Assembly (NCBI RefSeq): GCF_964204645.1
Contig: NC_134031.1
Coordinates: 8,122,001 to 8,186,000, forward strand
Reading direction: 5' to 3'
DNA length: 64,000 nucleotides
Source of the DNA: Tubulanus polymorphus
Taxonomy: Eukaryota; Animalia; Nemertea
Below the pieces are notes generated by a model. It saw only the letters and a program-made list of their open reading frames with translations, was not told where the DNA came from and made no database searches. The position numbers and the translations under genes are program-made. Positions 1 to 14,127 of the stretch are shown piece by piece (position 1 is the first letter of the stretch; every line of letters starts with the position of its first letter).

Positions 1-808
1 GAGACTGGTCATCGGTCTGATGACATCTCTGGAGTTAAATTGTAGTAATTAAACGTGATTATTTATTCAAGTATATCTGTTGTGGCAGGTCCTTCTTTGC
101 TCTGCATGTTCGACGAGCTGTTTCGTCCGCTACTCTAATCTCCAGGGGCCGGTTTCATAGACAGGACCCCAATTAACTTGTGACACAGAAACCTCAAGCA
201 GGAATTTACGACCCGTCACATAGAAATGAAATAAATCCAATTATTCAATTAAGGTATGGATGTTAAATTATTGAAAAACTTGAAAATAACGGAAACGACG
301 GTCGGCCCAGACTACCATATTTTTCTCGAATCGTTCCCTTTGACGTGCAGGGGCCTGGCAATTTTTACGTCGTAAAAACGCGATTTTTAGTTTATGGGTG
401 CAAGTCAAACACTGTCGACGTTTCCTAAGAAATTTGCAATGGTGAAATTTGGCGATCATATTCGTGTCTTTTTGACGTCGCAAAAGCCGTTAATAATGTG
501 TAAACTATACATTGATTACTACTATGCCGTTTAGGTATTCCAGTGCGAGTTGATGTGCACTGTCATCAATGTTGGCGTTTCTGAATAACAGTGTGAATTT
601 TGTCCTTTTTGAATAATGTAATACATTTCATATCTCGTATTCCCTCTTTGATAAATCTTGTTGATTATTTTTGAGAGGACTTGCACTAGGCCTACGTCAT
701 AGTTATGAGTTATTACAAAATTCACATTGTCGTTGTTATTTTGAAACACCTATATCGATGACGTAGTGCACGACTCACACCCCGGCTTAAATAACGCATG
801 TATCAATT

Positions 809-2150
809 ATGGATACCAATTCTAAAATACAAGATCTGCTCAACAATCAGGAAGTATACAAAAAACTTTTAAATCGAACCCGCTTTAAATCATTTAAAAC
901 AAATTCAATAAAGGACTTCCGGACATTATCGCCAACTTCAAAGACGACAAAGTTTCTAAAACGCTGGACAAATTTAAATCCCGTCGCTTCCTTATCTTCA
1001 TGGACTACCAAAAATTCATTCACAAAAAGGACATTCCGCTACGACCGATCATATCGAATTGCGACTCGCCATCCTACAGACTTTCTAAGTATTTGGCAAA
1101 AACTTTGTCACCAGTTCTCGGCTCATTTTCGAACTCTCACTTGCGTCACAATCAGGATTTGCAAGATTGTCTTAAAAATGTTATTCCTGGGCATGATAAA
1201 TTCATTTCTTTTGATGTTACTAGTTTATTTACTAATGTTCCTATGGAACCTACCTTAGATTTTCTTAGGCGAAGGTTGCCTTCGATAGATACCGGTTAAT
1301 TGTCTTATTGAACTATGTACTAAAAACTTATATTTCCAATTTGGTTCTAACTTTTATGAACAGACTTTTGGTATGGCTATGGGGAATCCACTTTCCCCTG
1401 TTTTAGCTGGTTTATTTTTGGAACACGTTGAAAGTGAAATTCTTCCTCTTTACACCGATTGTAAACCCAAACTTTGGCGACGTTACGTCGATGATATTCT
1501 CTGTTTAGTTTCCCCTGATTTTGATTTAAACGGTTTCTTACTTTATTTGAACTCTTTATATCCGACTTTGAATTTCACTTTTGAGTGGGGAGAAAATAAC
1601 CGCATACCGTTTCTTGATGTACTCATTCATGATTTCAAAACCAATTTGAAATTCTCCGTTTATAGAAAACCAACGGACGCTGAAGCTAATCTCCATTTTT
1701 TCTCATTTACTCCTTTAAAACATTAAAATTGGGATAGCACAAGGATTATTCCTTCGAGCTCTTCGTATTTGTGATCAAATGTTTTTAGATAATGAAATCA
1801 AACATATAAAAACTGCTCTTAAGAAATTGGCTTACCCAGAAAAGATATTGAACAAAGCGTATTTTAAGCCAGGACTTCTCACTTTGGATGTAAAGATTTG
1901 ACCACAAAACTTAGAGCTCAAAGGAATATTGTAATCCCGTATTTACCCACTTTGGAACGGTATTAAACACCATTGACTCTAGATTAGTCTTCCAATATCA
2001 TAATAAACTCACCACAATGTTTAAACTAAAAACAAACCGAATAGTGAGCTCATTGAGTCTGGGGTCTATGCCCTGTAAAGATTGTAACATGATGAAACGG
2101 GTTGCAATCATAATCAACGTGTTGAGGAACATAGGGTAGACATCCGTAAT
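809..2150 (+). mobile_element. Decayed Penelope-like retroelement (RT + GIY-YIG endonuclease), frameshifted
   Basis: Broken reading frames carry PLE RT motifs in order: IHKKDIPLRPIIS, SFDVTSLFTNVP, GMAMGNPLSPVLAGLFLEHVE, WRRYVDDIL, IPFLDVLI, VYRKPT. A degenerate GIY-YIG (ESGVY..PCKDCN..ETG..RVEEH) follows at about 2055-2135. Multiple stops and frameshifts. Confidence 0.92.
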
Positions 2151-5002
2151 CAAAAGCGCGATAAAACGAGCCTTTTTATTTTATCGTCACGTTAAAACGG
2201 AAAATGGAGAAAGCGGTAAATTATACTTTTTTCGTTTTATCGCGATGTAAAACAAAAACAAATCCGTTTCATTGCGATAATTTTCTCCAGTTTTAACCTG
2301 GCATTAAAACGAAAAATTTTCGTTTTATCGTGCGATGAAACGACTTTTTCTCGTGTTAACGCGGTAATTTTCGTTGTATTGCGCGATAAAATGACTTTTA
2401 GGCGTCTTTAAAAAGAATAGCAATGTGTGTGATTTTTTTACGTGGCCCGAATCAGCCACCATAGTATGTGCCTGGGCTTCAAAATATAAGACAGAAAGAA
2501 CATGAACATTAACATTTTCTTCATACATATTCGTAAAATTTAATATCACACATTTTTGAAAATCTTTCACAGAAATTTCTACTTTCAGAGATATTTTCCC
2601 ATCAATCTAACCAACATCTATTGATATTGGTATTGCCTACCAGCAATGAGTTTACACCGGGTTCACGTGATAATCGATGTTCAACCCCTGGGAAGCGGAT
2701 GTGAAGGAGTGGGCGGTTTTTATGCTCCGAATGCAAGCGGGTTGAGAAGCTATACGCTCGGCAAGCGCATTCGCTTAATTTAAGGATTTAATACATATAT
2801 ATTAATGTATGTTAGGGATTCGAGGATAAAGCACATCATGGAGTAAAGGCATTTACCGATAATGCCTTTTAAACATGCACAGCAAACCTCGTCCATTACT
2901 CGGACAAAGTGGGTCAGGCAAAATTGGACCGAGATAATTTTAAAGCAAGTGGGGAAGGGATCTGAACGAATAAGGTATATCCAAGTGAGGCGAGGTTGTA
3001 CCTCATCATAGCAAAAAAAGGGCATGGGAAGAAATCCTTAGGAATTTACAAATTTCCTCGTGCCAGATACATTCCGTTCCACTCAATGTCCTCTCACGAA
3101 GCATCCCACAACTACATGTACTGACAATTAGAACAAACGTTAGGTTTTTCAGTTTTGATGTTTAATGATAAAATATAGAACAATTAACAAATAGTAGCCT
3201 GATAGATCAAACATTATCAGAAGACGGAGTTAGACTCATAAATATGAAGGTCCAAAAGGCTGTGTGGAAATGATAATGCCAATAGAAAATGTCTGATCTC
3301 CTTAAGCTGACTTCTTAAAGCTTTACGTATTGTAATGTTTGATACATACATGGTAAACTATATAAATTCAACGTACTTTTGTAAACACATTCATGCTTAA
3401 CTTGATAAAATATCATCATAGAAACAATATATACATGTATATATTTCCTCATTTTCAGCCTCAGGTCAGGTCGCCGATACATACAGTTAGTGTTCCAAAT
3501 GCACTAATCAATTGAACATCCAAAATATCTGCTCTGCAACAGTTATGGAATAAGCGTCTTAACAGATTCATTTGAAAAAATATGGTGATTTTTGAGTGAA
3601 GAAATTGGGTCATAATAACACCTTCCAACTTCTGGATGTCCAGATCATTGCCAATGAGAAAATTCAATAAATGCGAATAATACTAGGGTTATACATCTCA
3701 TCACATAGGTTTGTCGATTTATCTTACAAGCACACTATAATAAGCATAGGAAAATAATCATATGAACTTAGATAACACTATAAACCGGGATAGATGAAAA
3801 TCATGCATACTCACAATAACGCCACGTTGTAGCGCATACTCATACTCATGCTTAATACTTATATAAGCATAGGACTATAGGTGCAAGCAATTTATTCTTC
3901 TACAGTTTGTTCAGGCATACTCGCAGACATTTTTCTTTAAATTCCCAAGGATGAATATTTCTATACACAGTTGAGGATTTAATAAAAATATACAACTCAC
4001 TCTTTATTCTACGATAAAAATGGCTACCACATAACAAGTTATTACTGTACCTTAACCCATGATACCAAGAGGCTCCTAAGACATTCTTTTATCACATTAT
4101 TTCCCTGTCATATTGATCAATTTTTACCTGAGCACCACCTTCTGAGAGTTGAAACAATATCACAAGTACAGACGAAATCAAGGCCAGACAGCAATGGACA
4201 TTATCATATCACAAAAATCATAATGTGAAACTAGTATATACCTGTAAATATTTTCCATTTTACAAGCTTAGTATATATTTTTCCTGCTGTTTTCTTTTCA
4301 AATTTCTATTTTCCTCATTCACAATCATGTTTCATGTATACAAAATATAAGATGCATTACTAATAATAACCTTACTACGTTCTTTATCACAGTGTGAATA
4401 ATCATCATCATACTATCACAGAATGAACAATGTAACCTTTCATACTTTTGCCAACAAACCCTAGTGATCAAGAAATGCACGGTATACTGGCTGTGAGCAA
4501 CTCAGCACTTCAAATAAAATTCCCTTGTACATGTTTTCGGTTGCTTCCTCATTTTAACTGTAAAAAGTAAATATATCTGTACATACGTATAATGTTGGAT
4601 TTTCAAGCTATTGAAAGAAACAGAGTTCAGTCATATTACATATATCATTGCTACCATGTAAATTTACTTATATAGCGATTGCTGAGGTGAGACTTACACA
4701 CTACAGTATATTAAGATATAATTTGAAGACGTGTTATACATATGGTTTACGTGTATCAACAACTGGATGTCATAGTGTGTATCTGGTAGCAAGTAATCAT
4801 TTGAGCTATAAATATACTAGATTCAAGTGAGTCTCCGACTTATTCTGGCTTTGGTACAGAAGAATATTTGAAAATGAGGAGACAAAACACAACCCAACAT
4901 TTTTGTTCGGCTTGAACGTTTATCCGACCAGCAAATGGTTCATCATATATAGGAAAAGCCACGACCCCCGTCAACGGCCATTCTACTTGGCACGAATACA
5001 TA

Positions 5003-7812
5003 TCACTGCGCCTGAATTACAACATTATTTTCATCTGGTTCAACAACAAATAAAACATTGTTATTATCGTGACCAATATCATGATCATCGAGGATTACAT
5101 ATTCTACGCTATTTGAAACACCAATATCTTCCTCATTGGGCTTTACAATAGTTTCCGCATGAATTACATTAGTTTCATGATTTGGTAGAAATGAGCTTCC
5201 GCGTGTCGCATTATTGACATCTCGCTTTTGCATTTCTGGCAATTCCGGATTTATTTTGGAGTGCATTGTGAGAACTATTTCCCCAGCTATTTCGGTTGAA
5301 TCTGTGAGCTCTTTATCATTGCTATTCTGTAGACGTTTTCTCGTAGATATCCGTGGATGGAATGGCAAGCCACCACTCTGAGCCCGTTCATGCCGTGATT
5401 CATGCTTGCGCAGATCTGCTGTGCGACAGAATCGCATTTGACAATGCTGACATTCAAATGGTTTCACATTCTGGTGTCGACGCATGTGAACTTTAAGGTC
5501 ATAGTTTTCTGCAAATTTTGCATCACAATGTTTACATTTGAAATTCTTTTCACCTGTGTGCGTTTTGTAATGGCGTCGAAAGTGCTCAATTCGTACAAAT
5601 GATTTGTCGCAAACATTGCAGACATGCATTTTACCACTATGCACGCATGATACATGCTTGACAAGTCGTTTCTGGATTGGAAATCGTTTCAGACACTGTG
5701 AACATTGGTATGGCTTATTCGCTAGTTCATTCGAAGTGCACAATGGTGGCAAAGATCCAGATTCGCGTAGGTGGATCTTTACGTGTTCTTTACAGCCTGA
5801 ACTCTGAACGAAAGCTTTACCACAGTAGCCACAAACATATGGCTTCGAACCACTGTGAATTCTCAAGTGTCGATTCAAATTTGATTTATGAGTGAATGAT
5901 TTCTCACACACATGACACACATAGGGTCGCTCCCCATTATGAGAACGCTGATGCAGATGTAGATTAGTGAGCAACTGGAAACTCTTGTGGCAGATATCAC
6001 AGATGTACGGCTTTGGCTTATCAAAATTCTCTGAATTATCATTGTTACCAGATATGGGTTTCATGTCATGATAACCATCTGCTTCAACCATTTCATTTTC
6101 AACCATAGGATCACTACTGCTGAGAATATCCGAACTGTTGGCATCAACAACTTCATCATCATTCCCATTGTTCCTGTCATCTATCAAACTCATTACTTCT
6201 TTATGCTTGACACTGGAAGAAACCAATGCTGATGGACTATGTATGGTGTTTCTAACCATTACCACTTCGTTTTCTTCACCAGAGGTGGTTTTCTCATTCA
6301 CAGCTGTTACCTTGGTGGGTTCAACATGATCTGCACATCCACCACAGAAGCTTTGACTCTCTTTTGAATTTCCTTCATGTGATTGTTGATTTTCTTGAGT
6401 TTCGTGCCATTTTCTGATAGAATCAGAAACATGCTCTTTGCTTCCCCCCTGTACTGAATCAATGTTAATTAAGTTGTCATTTAGATTCAATTCCTGTAAT
6501 TCTGATTTATTTTTCCCATGGTCATTATTGATTACAATTTCAGTCAGGTTCTCCATCATGTTCTGCGAATCAACAATATATTTTGAGTTCAATTCTCCGA
6601 CATCATTCTGAGGCACAGTCATCTCATCAGTTTTGCTAGCATCAGTTGTTGATGAAGTTTGAAGTGCACGAGACATCATTTCAGGCTTTGTGCCATCAGT
6701 AATTTCTGATGGCACCATATCAGCTTTTTTAATCACTAACCGTTTAACAATCACTTTTTTACTCCTTTCATTCATACTTTTCATTCCCTTCATCTGGTCA
6801 TGCTTGGGGAGTTCAGTCGATGGCACTGTACATCTACGTAGACACATTTCCCCATTTTCTGAGATTATTTCAATTGATGATTTCTTTTTATCACTTTCAC
6901 AACATACTTGTCTGCTTTCATTGGCAACCGATTTTGCTTGCAGTTTTGCAATTTCATGGATAGTACCATTATTAATAGCAGGGCCAATTACAAAGTGATT
7001 GGGGGTCATGGTAACTGGTACATGTGGTGACCTAAAAGCAGTTGTCATGACTGGATGTGCTAGAACATTTTGGTAAGTAGGAGATAAAGCGGAAGCAACT
7101 ACTGGCTGAGGTGACTGAGTAGCAACAGAGCTTAATGAGTTTTGAATTTTCTCCGAAGTCGTCCCTGGTGGCAAAATGTTTATGGTGTTCAATAGTTCAC
7201 GCATTTCTGAGTTGTTGTTTTCAATCATACTATCCGTGATATCGCCAAGATTTAAAGATGAATCCCAGGCCTGATCGATTAGCGATGTATTTGACATCGG
7301 TACTCGTTCAGAATCCTGAAGACCAAAACCTTTACTGACTAAAAACTGATTTTCCCCAGAGACATTCAAAACTTCATCATCAGATGATGGTATGCCTGGC
7401 ATTTCAGAAAAAAATGGTTCTACAATGTCACCAGGGCATTGCTCAAATGCCATATCCAAAAGTGGCGATTCTTCAATTTCATCATTTTCACAGGCATTAG
7501 ATTTTAAAGAAGAACTTTGAGTTGACGTATAATCCTTATTGATATATTTATCAGTGTCAGTGTCTATAATTTCAGGTTCAGAATCCTCTTCAACGTCTTG
7601 AGCTGAAGCTGATGATTGTGGCAGTGGATCGGGCAAGATTTTTGGAGCAATCTTTCGAGTTTTCTTCTGAAATTCTGGTGGAGTGGGTATAACTATATGA
7701 CCTAAAATCTGTCCAGTATTTGCATCCTCAGCATGCCTTATAAGATGTTTCTTCAGATTTTTCATGTCTCCATAACTTTTTGAGCAATGGCCACATGTAA
7801 ATGGCTTCTCTC
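5003..7812 (-). CDS. C2H2 zinc-finger protein ZF-A, terminal coding exon 4 (finger 4, long low-complexity acidic linker, fingers 5-11)
   Basis: Long ORF; acceptor ttcttgtttccag ends at 7813; phase-1 junction completes TGEKPF; seven C-terminal C2H2 fingers with TGEKP-like linkers; stop at 5003. Confidence 0.93.
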
Positions 7813-8477
7813 CTGGAAACAAGAAAGAATAAATAATCAATGCCATAACAAACAAATGCAATAACATTGAATTAAATCACATACATTTGCATGAATATAT
7901 GGCCAAAAAATTTAACCTTTTTTCTCATTTTCATAATCCCTAAAAATAACCCGGCAGGCAGGTGTTTATCTGTATCTATTTAAAAAAGAAACATAAATGT
8001 TTGGAAATATTGACCAGGCAGGCAGTATTTTTATTTTTAACAAATATATTTGGAAGCAACCCTTCTTTAATTTTTCTTAAGTTTAATGTGTCATAAAGAG
8101 GTTCGTGGGCATTCTCAGAACTGATAAACATTATATCTGGAATATCCCACTGATTGAAAACATTGTCAAAAATGTCTTTTACAGCCTTCAACATGCCTTC
8201 AATATCTTGGTTGATTCACACGAAGGACCAAGACCAAGGCAGACAGACAGGTCTTTTCAACTTTGTAGTCTAACTTGAGACACCCAGTACCGGTTAGTTC
8301 GAACTCCAATAAAATGAAAAAAAAAATTACAAAAAAACATTTCGACATCGCCCTGACGTTTTTATTTCATTTTTCATAAACCAAGAACTAATTTTCAGCC
8401 TCCTGGCAGGAGCTGTTTATTTTAATGGGTCTTTCAGCCTAAGATTATCGCACACGGCTGAAATGAGCAACAAGGTA

Positions 8478-8634
8478 CAGTGGAATCTGCTTAATTCTGA
8501 TCATTTGGACCAACAAAATTGATCCGGTTTACGGGAAATCCGGGTAAAAAGTAATTTTCTTGTATATTTATTAACAAGTGGACTGTAAATATTGTCTGGC
8601 TAAGACCAAAATCGGGATTAAGCGGATTTGACTG
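8478..8634. mobile_element. pogo/Tc1-type MITE
   Basis: TA|cagtggaatctgcttaa ... ttaagcggatttgactg|TA: imperfect TIRs with CAGT ends and TA flanks. Confidence 0.6.
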
Positions 8635-8960
8635 TATCTTTTTTGGCCTAAAGGGCAAGTAACCGCAATTGTTCCGAGATGAATAAACTAATGTGAATTA
8701 AACAGTTGTCCCGAACAACTCTTTCATTCTATCACCATGTCTGCCTTATGGTAAGTTAAATTCATGTACATGTACGTTCATTTGGGAATAGGTACATAAT
8801 AAAAAATAGAGTCAGTTTTCATAAATCGGAAAAAAGTTGAATGGCCCAATTGAGAAAACATAGAGCATTTCCAAATCTCCAATAAGAATTCAGAGGTCAT
8901 CTTAAATTACCAGCTGATTGAAAATTCACCAACCAGTAACAGCGCTATCAATCAATATAA

Positions 8961-9700
8961 AGGCGCGTTCACACGCCGAAATTTAGACCGGTCTAAATTT
9001 GGTCAAGTCCAATTTAGACCGGACCAAGTGTTCACACGGGCAAAAATACCGTTCCAAATTAGACCGGTCTAGTTTAGACCGGTCTAATTTGGCACGGTCT
9101 AAAAGAGCGAACCAGGTCTGGACCAAATTTAGGACTGGTCTAAATATGCGTGTGTGGACAGAAACTGGTACCAGGTCCGGTCTAAATCGTAATTCTGAAT
9201 CTCTGCGGTAGATGTCGCAACCTCTGCGGTAGAGTATGAGTCCAGTTTATTAAGTTTTAAATGCTTTTATTACCGTTTATTATTAAGTACTCTTTTTCCT
9301 CTCTATTCAATGGAAATGTTTGGAGCGTAATTCGTATTCGTATATCGCGATCATCATCCGTTTTACTGCCGTGCTTTGAACCGTGTTTAAACGACACTTA
9401 GAGTTTCAGCATGATAGATTAAAATCGAATTCGCAAAAATGTATAAACGTGACATAGGATCGAATTGGTCAAATGAAGAATGACTTGCTCTACTTGGAAT
9501 CTGGAAGCAAGACTTCATCCAGGCGCAATTAATTATTTAGCAGATGGCGACATCTTGTGGGCCCGATGACAAGCGATTTTATCACCGCGTGTCAAAACGC
9601 CGTGTGAACGCTTACCAAAATTTGGTCCGGTCTAAATTTGGACCGGACCAGGTACGGACCCATTTAGACCGGTCCAACTAGTTGTCGTGTGAACGCGGCT
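8961..9700 (+). mobile_element. Non-autonomous PIF/Harbinger deletion derivative retaining the start of the Myb/SANT-like ORF
   Basis: TIRs aggcgcgttcacacg / cgtgtgaacgcggct; TAA duplicated on both sides; subterminal tttagaccggtctaaa palindromes; 9439-9531 translates MYKRDIGSNWSNEE*LALLGIWKQDFIQAQL (trihelix/Myb-like N-terminus). Confidence 0.85.
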
Positions 9701-10204
9701 TAAGAGTGAAGTTAGAATATAATGTAGTGACCCACATTGGCTCAAACATGAACACTACTGTCAGAATGTTAGTCACTTAGAATTGCTAGCCTACAATAAT
9801 TTTGATCCATAGGCAATTGAGCAAGAAGCACAAAATTTCCCAGTGTAGTGAAAATACATACATGTGCATATATCTAAAATTAAGTATTCATTCATATTCA
9901 AGTAAAGCATTAAACAACCTATTGATTGCATGGCTGGGCATGGCTCTTCAAGCCCCTTATTCCAAGCAGTTACCACTTATAGATGCTAAACATGTTTTTG
10001 AAGATGTATCACTCATTTAAATTTAAGTCACTTTTTTAAAGAATTATATGAACTGTTCTATGGAAAAAATATCTTGATAAAACAATATGGCATTCCGAGA
10101 CTTGCTCGGCACTAAAATAGTTTGAGTTTACAATCTTGATCCTGATCCTGCCAGTTTTTAGGATACAGATCTGCCTAGGGTAGATACATGTCTAATTAGA
10201 TAAG

Positions 10205-10258
10205 ATGATTCCACCTGATGATGGCTGTTCGTCAACAGCCGAAACGTTGTGGTTTCAT
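10205..10258 (+). ncRNA. Minimal type I hammerhead ribozyme (Penelope pLTR type)
   Basis: Stem I ccac(10211-14)/gtgg(10249-52), extendable with atga/tcat; core CTGATGA (10215-21); stem II ggctgtt-cgtc-aacagcc; GAAAC (10241-45) then GTT cleavage triplet; palindromic minimal stem III (aacgtt). Confidence 0.85.
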
Positions 10259-10797
10259 AATGATAAATTTGATCGTATAATTTTAAATTCGAAGTGTGGG
10301 ATTTCTTCATTTACCTACAGTATACACGGATTATAGTGCTTATTCAACAACTAAAATGTCCAATTAGATATCAAGACAATCCATTGAAGTGTTTTCAAAA
10401 TTTCCAGAAATATCTGGAATCCATCTACAGGCAGACAAATGGACGGGCAAAAAAAGGGAACAAAGTAGCCAACTGGAACTCAAGTCCCAAGTGGGCTAAA
10501 GATGTAAAAAACCAAAATTTTTCATAACTGCATTTAAGATTTCAAACTCAATTATGTGGATACAGCAACCAAAATTATGATATCATGTCAACAAGCAATA
10601 AACCAAGAGAGCCAGTGGCAAAATGTGCTCTATCAAGTCCATAACATATAGATACTCTACAGTGCCTTGCGTGATGAATCAATTATGCTGCACGTAGGCC
10701 TACCCAGCAATGCAGTGAAGGGTCCTTAATGATGAGACCCTGCATAACCAGTATATATTTCTAATGCTATTAATAATTCTAAAGATTAGATTTTTAC

Positions 10798-10881
10798 CTG
10801 TATGTGTTCGTTTATGGCAGATCAAATTATACTTCTTTGTGAATGCTTTGGAACATAAATCACATTTATGTGGTTTTTCAC
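10798..10881 (-). CDS. ZF-A coding exon 3 (one finger, [29 protein letters not shown])
   Basis: 84-nt phase 1-1 exon bounded by ttttcag and gtaaaa; frame compatible with both neighbours. Confidence 0.92.
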
Positions 10882-11425
10882 CTGAAAATTGGATAAAAAT
10901 ACATGTATAATCATCCACATGTTAACCTTTTCACTACCAAGAAACCAAGATTTTTGTCACTAATTAGCTAACCTATGGTTTGCTTTGTCTATCACTAGCT
11001 GATAACATCATACTTCCAATTCATTTGCCTGTCGTGAAAAATTTCACTAAAACAAATGGCACACTTTCTATCTATAAGGTCCTGAGATCTGATTTATTCA
11101 ACAGAGGTGTATTATAATGCCTATTCTAAAATTTCTTATGAATCTTTCCTCTTAAAATTCTTTTCTTATAAATTCGAACTAAATTTTTTGGGAAATCATC
11201 GAAACTATACCAAAATCTAAGCAAATTGCCATCTTTTTGTATATAAGCGTTTCTGTAAAATCATAATAGACCCGGACTGGTAGTACTACGATATAATTTA
11301 CTTCAGTATGGAGTTGTTAGTACAGGCCAGTGAGATGTTAGTACAGGGCGAACAAGGTATCAAAACCTCTGCCTAATATGATCTGATTGACCAATGCAAT
11401 TCAATTTCAACTTTACTGATCTTAA

Positions 11426-11918
11426 CCTATTAGTCCTCAAACCGCCCGCCCCGCCTATTACTCCTAAAGCCACCCAAATCCACCCTGACTCCTCTTTTCA
11501 TCTACTACACAAAAACGGTTACAGCGAACCCAATTACTTAGGATAAACTTGACACCCAAGAGGTCAAAATCTGTACAGAAATCAACATCTTCATATCTGA
11601 AATTCTCGAGTATTAGGAGTATGAACATGACATGAACATGACAGACCCAAGTGCTCACTTTTATCCAAGTAACTGTGATTGAATTTTGGGGCAAAATGTC
11701 ACAATTTTGGTAGCCCATCTCATCAAATCTTATATCAAATGAAGGCATAGTGCGTTTACAACAAAATAACACAAACTTGTAACTTACAGTCTTACAGTAA
11801 GACATGACAATGAACTGGAAATGAGCTACCGGGGTATTCAGTTTCACAATAAATGTGGATTTTCCCTCTTCTGATGAGTAACAAACACTACATAGTAAAA
11901 TTCCTGAGTGCTAATGGG
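11426..11918. mobile_element. piggyBac-like MITE
   Basis: TTAA|cctattagtcctca ... tgagtgctaatggg|TTAA. Confidence 0.65.
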
Positions 11919-13031
11919 TTAAAACTTTGTTTTACAGATACACCAACATGGCCTAAGATCTAGCAACCACCGCCTCGACTCATCGAGGCAGAAATTTATC
12001 AATTACAGGGTTCATAGTGTCCATGACCGATCTCATTTAATGACTTTCAAGTACTGTTTTGACTCAGATACCTGGAATGCTGAAATCTACATTTTCCAGG
12101 ATTCTGAAATCTACACTTATTAGGGATTCTTATATACTTATATATGGTAAGACAAAACTTTTGATATGAATAGGCCTAGGCAAAATGTATCAGCATCCTT
12201 GTCTGATATGAAAAAAATACGGTTATTGACTCATATAAATATGATTATTGAAACAGAGTTGTTGCTTGATTATGATTGCTCCTTTGAAGGTTTTAAAGGC
12301 GATGCATATATTTATCAATCTTCCCCTCTTGCCTCCCGCCCTTACAATAAGACCTGCGTTTAATCCATTTTTAGACCCAACAAGTCTAACCTGTGTTTTA
12401 GACCGAAAATTTCGGTCAGAAAATGACCTGTACAAGTGTTCTAGTACAGCACATCACACTACAATGCGGTACATAGGTATTCATTGCTTAGCAGAAGACT
12501 GTGTAATTTCATGGGTCAGACGAAACATGGGGTAGTAAATTGGGGTATCCCAATGGGGTAGTAGGTTGCCTAGGGTACCTCATAACTCCATATTTCATAC
12601 ATTTTTAGTCTAGTAACCAGTCAAATTCTTGATTACTTATGCAGGTCTTGGGTCCTATCAATGACATCATCCTGCGTAAGATATTGAATTTTTCACAGAT
12701 TGCAATTTACTCAATAAGGATGTGAATGTGAGGGGACAGGACTCTATATACAAGGAACTATTCTTAGAAATGTAATTCTCCATATACTTTGAATTAATGA
12801 AATGATGGAATGGTGGGACTCGAATAAACGACATTAGTTATAACTACGTCACTGAATACAAAACGACTTCGATGTAGTTTAAGACTGGTTTCGTAAAAGC
12901 ACTGCATGCCATACAAACTTTCAAGAAGCATTTCAAACTTTTTTGATTCAGTTTTAGAAAAAAATGGATATTTGTTTTTAATATAGAATTTTTACCCCAG
13001 TACTTCTCCTGTGGGTAAAAACTATTCTTAA

Positions 13032-13448
13032 CTCATTGCCTGCCAAAAAACGTACTGGTATGTCCGATATCTCCCATCACTTGCCTGCCAAAACCATACT
13101 GGTACGGTTGACTTGTTTCTTAACTTTAACGATAGATGACGAATTCATCGCACAACACCAAAACAAACGATCATCAGTCGTTCTATGCAGTGTGTTAATG
13201 GCGTCATCGATTGAAATAAGGGCTGAACATGCAGGAGAGGGCATATTTTCGGCAAAATACACCCTCTGCACTTTTCACTTTTAGAAGAAATGCCGCTTAT
13301 TTTACATAAAAAAGCAAGACCAGATGAACAAAAGGAAACAAATTTGATGAAGATATCTCTTCTAGTTTTTGTTTTATGAATCTCTGAAAACACGGAAATC
13401 CTGGCAAAGTGCAACATTTCCTGAAAAATAGGCCTGGCAGGCAAAGAG
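13032..13448. mobile_element. piggyBac-like MITE
   Basis: TTAA|ctcattgcctgcca ... tggcaggcaaagag|TTAA. Confidence 0.75.
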
Positions 13449-13450
13449 TT

Positions 13451-14028
13451 AACAAGGAGCCTATCGGCTTATAAAGCTGCGCTGTGTGATTCTAAGGAAT
13501 GGAAGCTGCATACCTAGGGGTGCCCCCTTTAGGCCAAATCCAAAAAGGGCTCTGTACTTTGTAGGTATTGGTCCATAGAACATTCATACCAAATTTGGAC
13601 TTGATCTGATTAAAACTGTAGGACTAATAGCAATTTGAAGAAATAGAAACTCCACTCCCAGGGGCGCCCCCTGGTGGATGAATCAAAAAAATTGCTCTGT
13701 TACTTCATAGGCCGTGGTCCATAGAACATTCATACCAAATTTGGAATTGATCTGATAAAAACTGTAGGACAAGTAGCGATTAGAAGAAATAGAAATTCCA
13801 ACCCAGGGGCGCCCCCTGGTGGACAAATCCAAAAAATGGCTCTGTAACTTTATATGCCTTGGCCCATAGAACATTCATACCAAATTTGGAATTGATCTGA
13901 TTAAAACTGTAGGACTAGTAGCGATTTGAAGGAAAAGTTGACGAACGAACCTACGAACAAACGGACGATGACCGCTCACCCCCTAACCCATTAGCTCCAC
14001 TGACCTTTGGTCACAGCGGAGCTAAAAA
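13451..14028 (-). mobile_element. Helentron-associated non-autonomous element (HINE/DINE-1-like) with ~145-bp internal tandem repeat
   Basis: On the minus strand it begins TTTTTAGCTC with a terminal hairpin (ttagctcc..tgacc-ttt-ggtca..ggagctaa), has a GAAC/GGAC microsatellite-like stretch and ends CTTGTT. Unit ccatagaacattcataccaaatttgga recurs at 13573, 13719 and 13864. Confidence 0.75.
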
Positions 14029-14127
14029 GCATGTACGATGTGAGATTTAAGTTACCCCAATATAGTACCCCAATAGGACAACCAGATAAGTGTGAGGCAA
14101 GCTTCAGCACTGCTCACTTAGGATTAC

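Noticed and set aside
100-146. Minus-strand gcggac-GAAAC-agctc-GTC resembling the 3' half of a second hammerhead; also CTGATGA at 17-23 (+)
   Set aside because: No CUGAUGA or 5' strand of stem II upstream (apparently truncated), and the plus-strand CTGATGA has no matching stem II/GAAA. Not a complete ribozyme.
7813-7867. Hydrophobic 'signal peptide' MLLHLFVMALIIYSFLFP at the start of the 954-aa ORF
   Set aside because: It is the translated intron polypyrimidine tract upstream of the acceptor at 7813.
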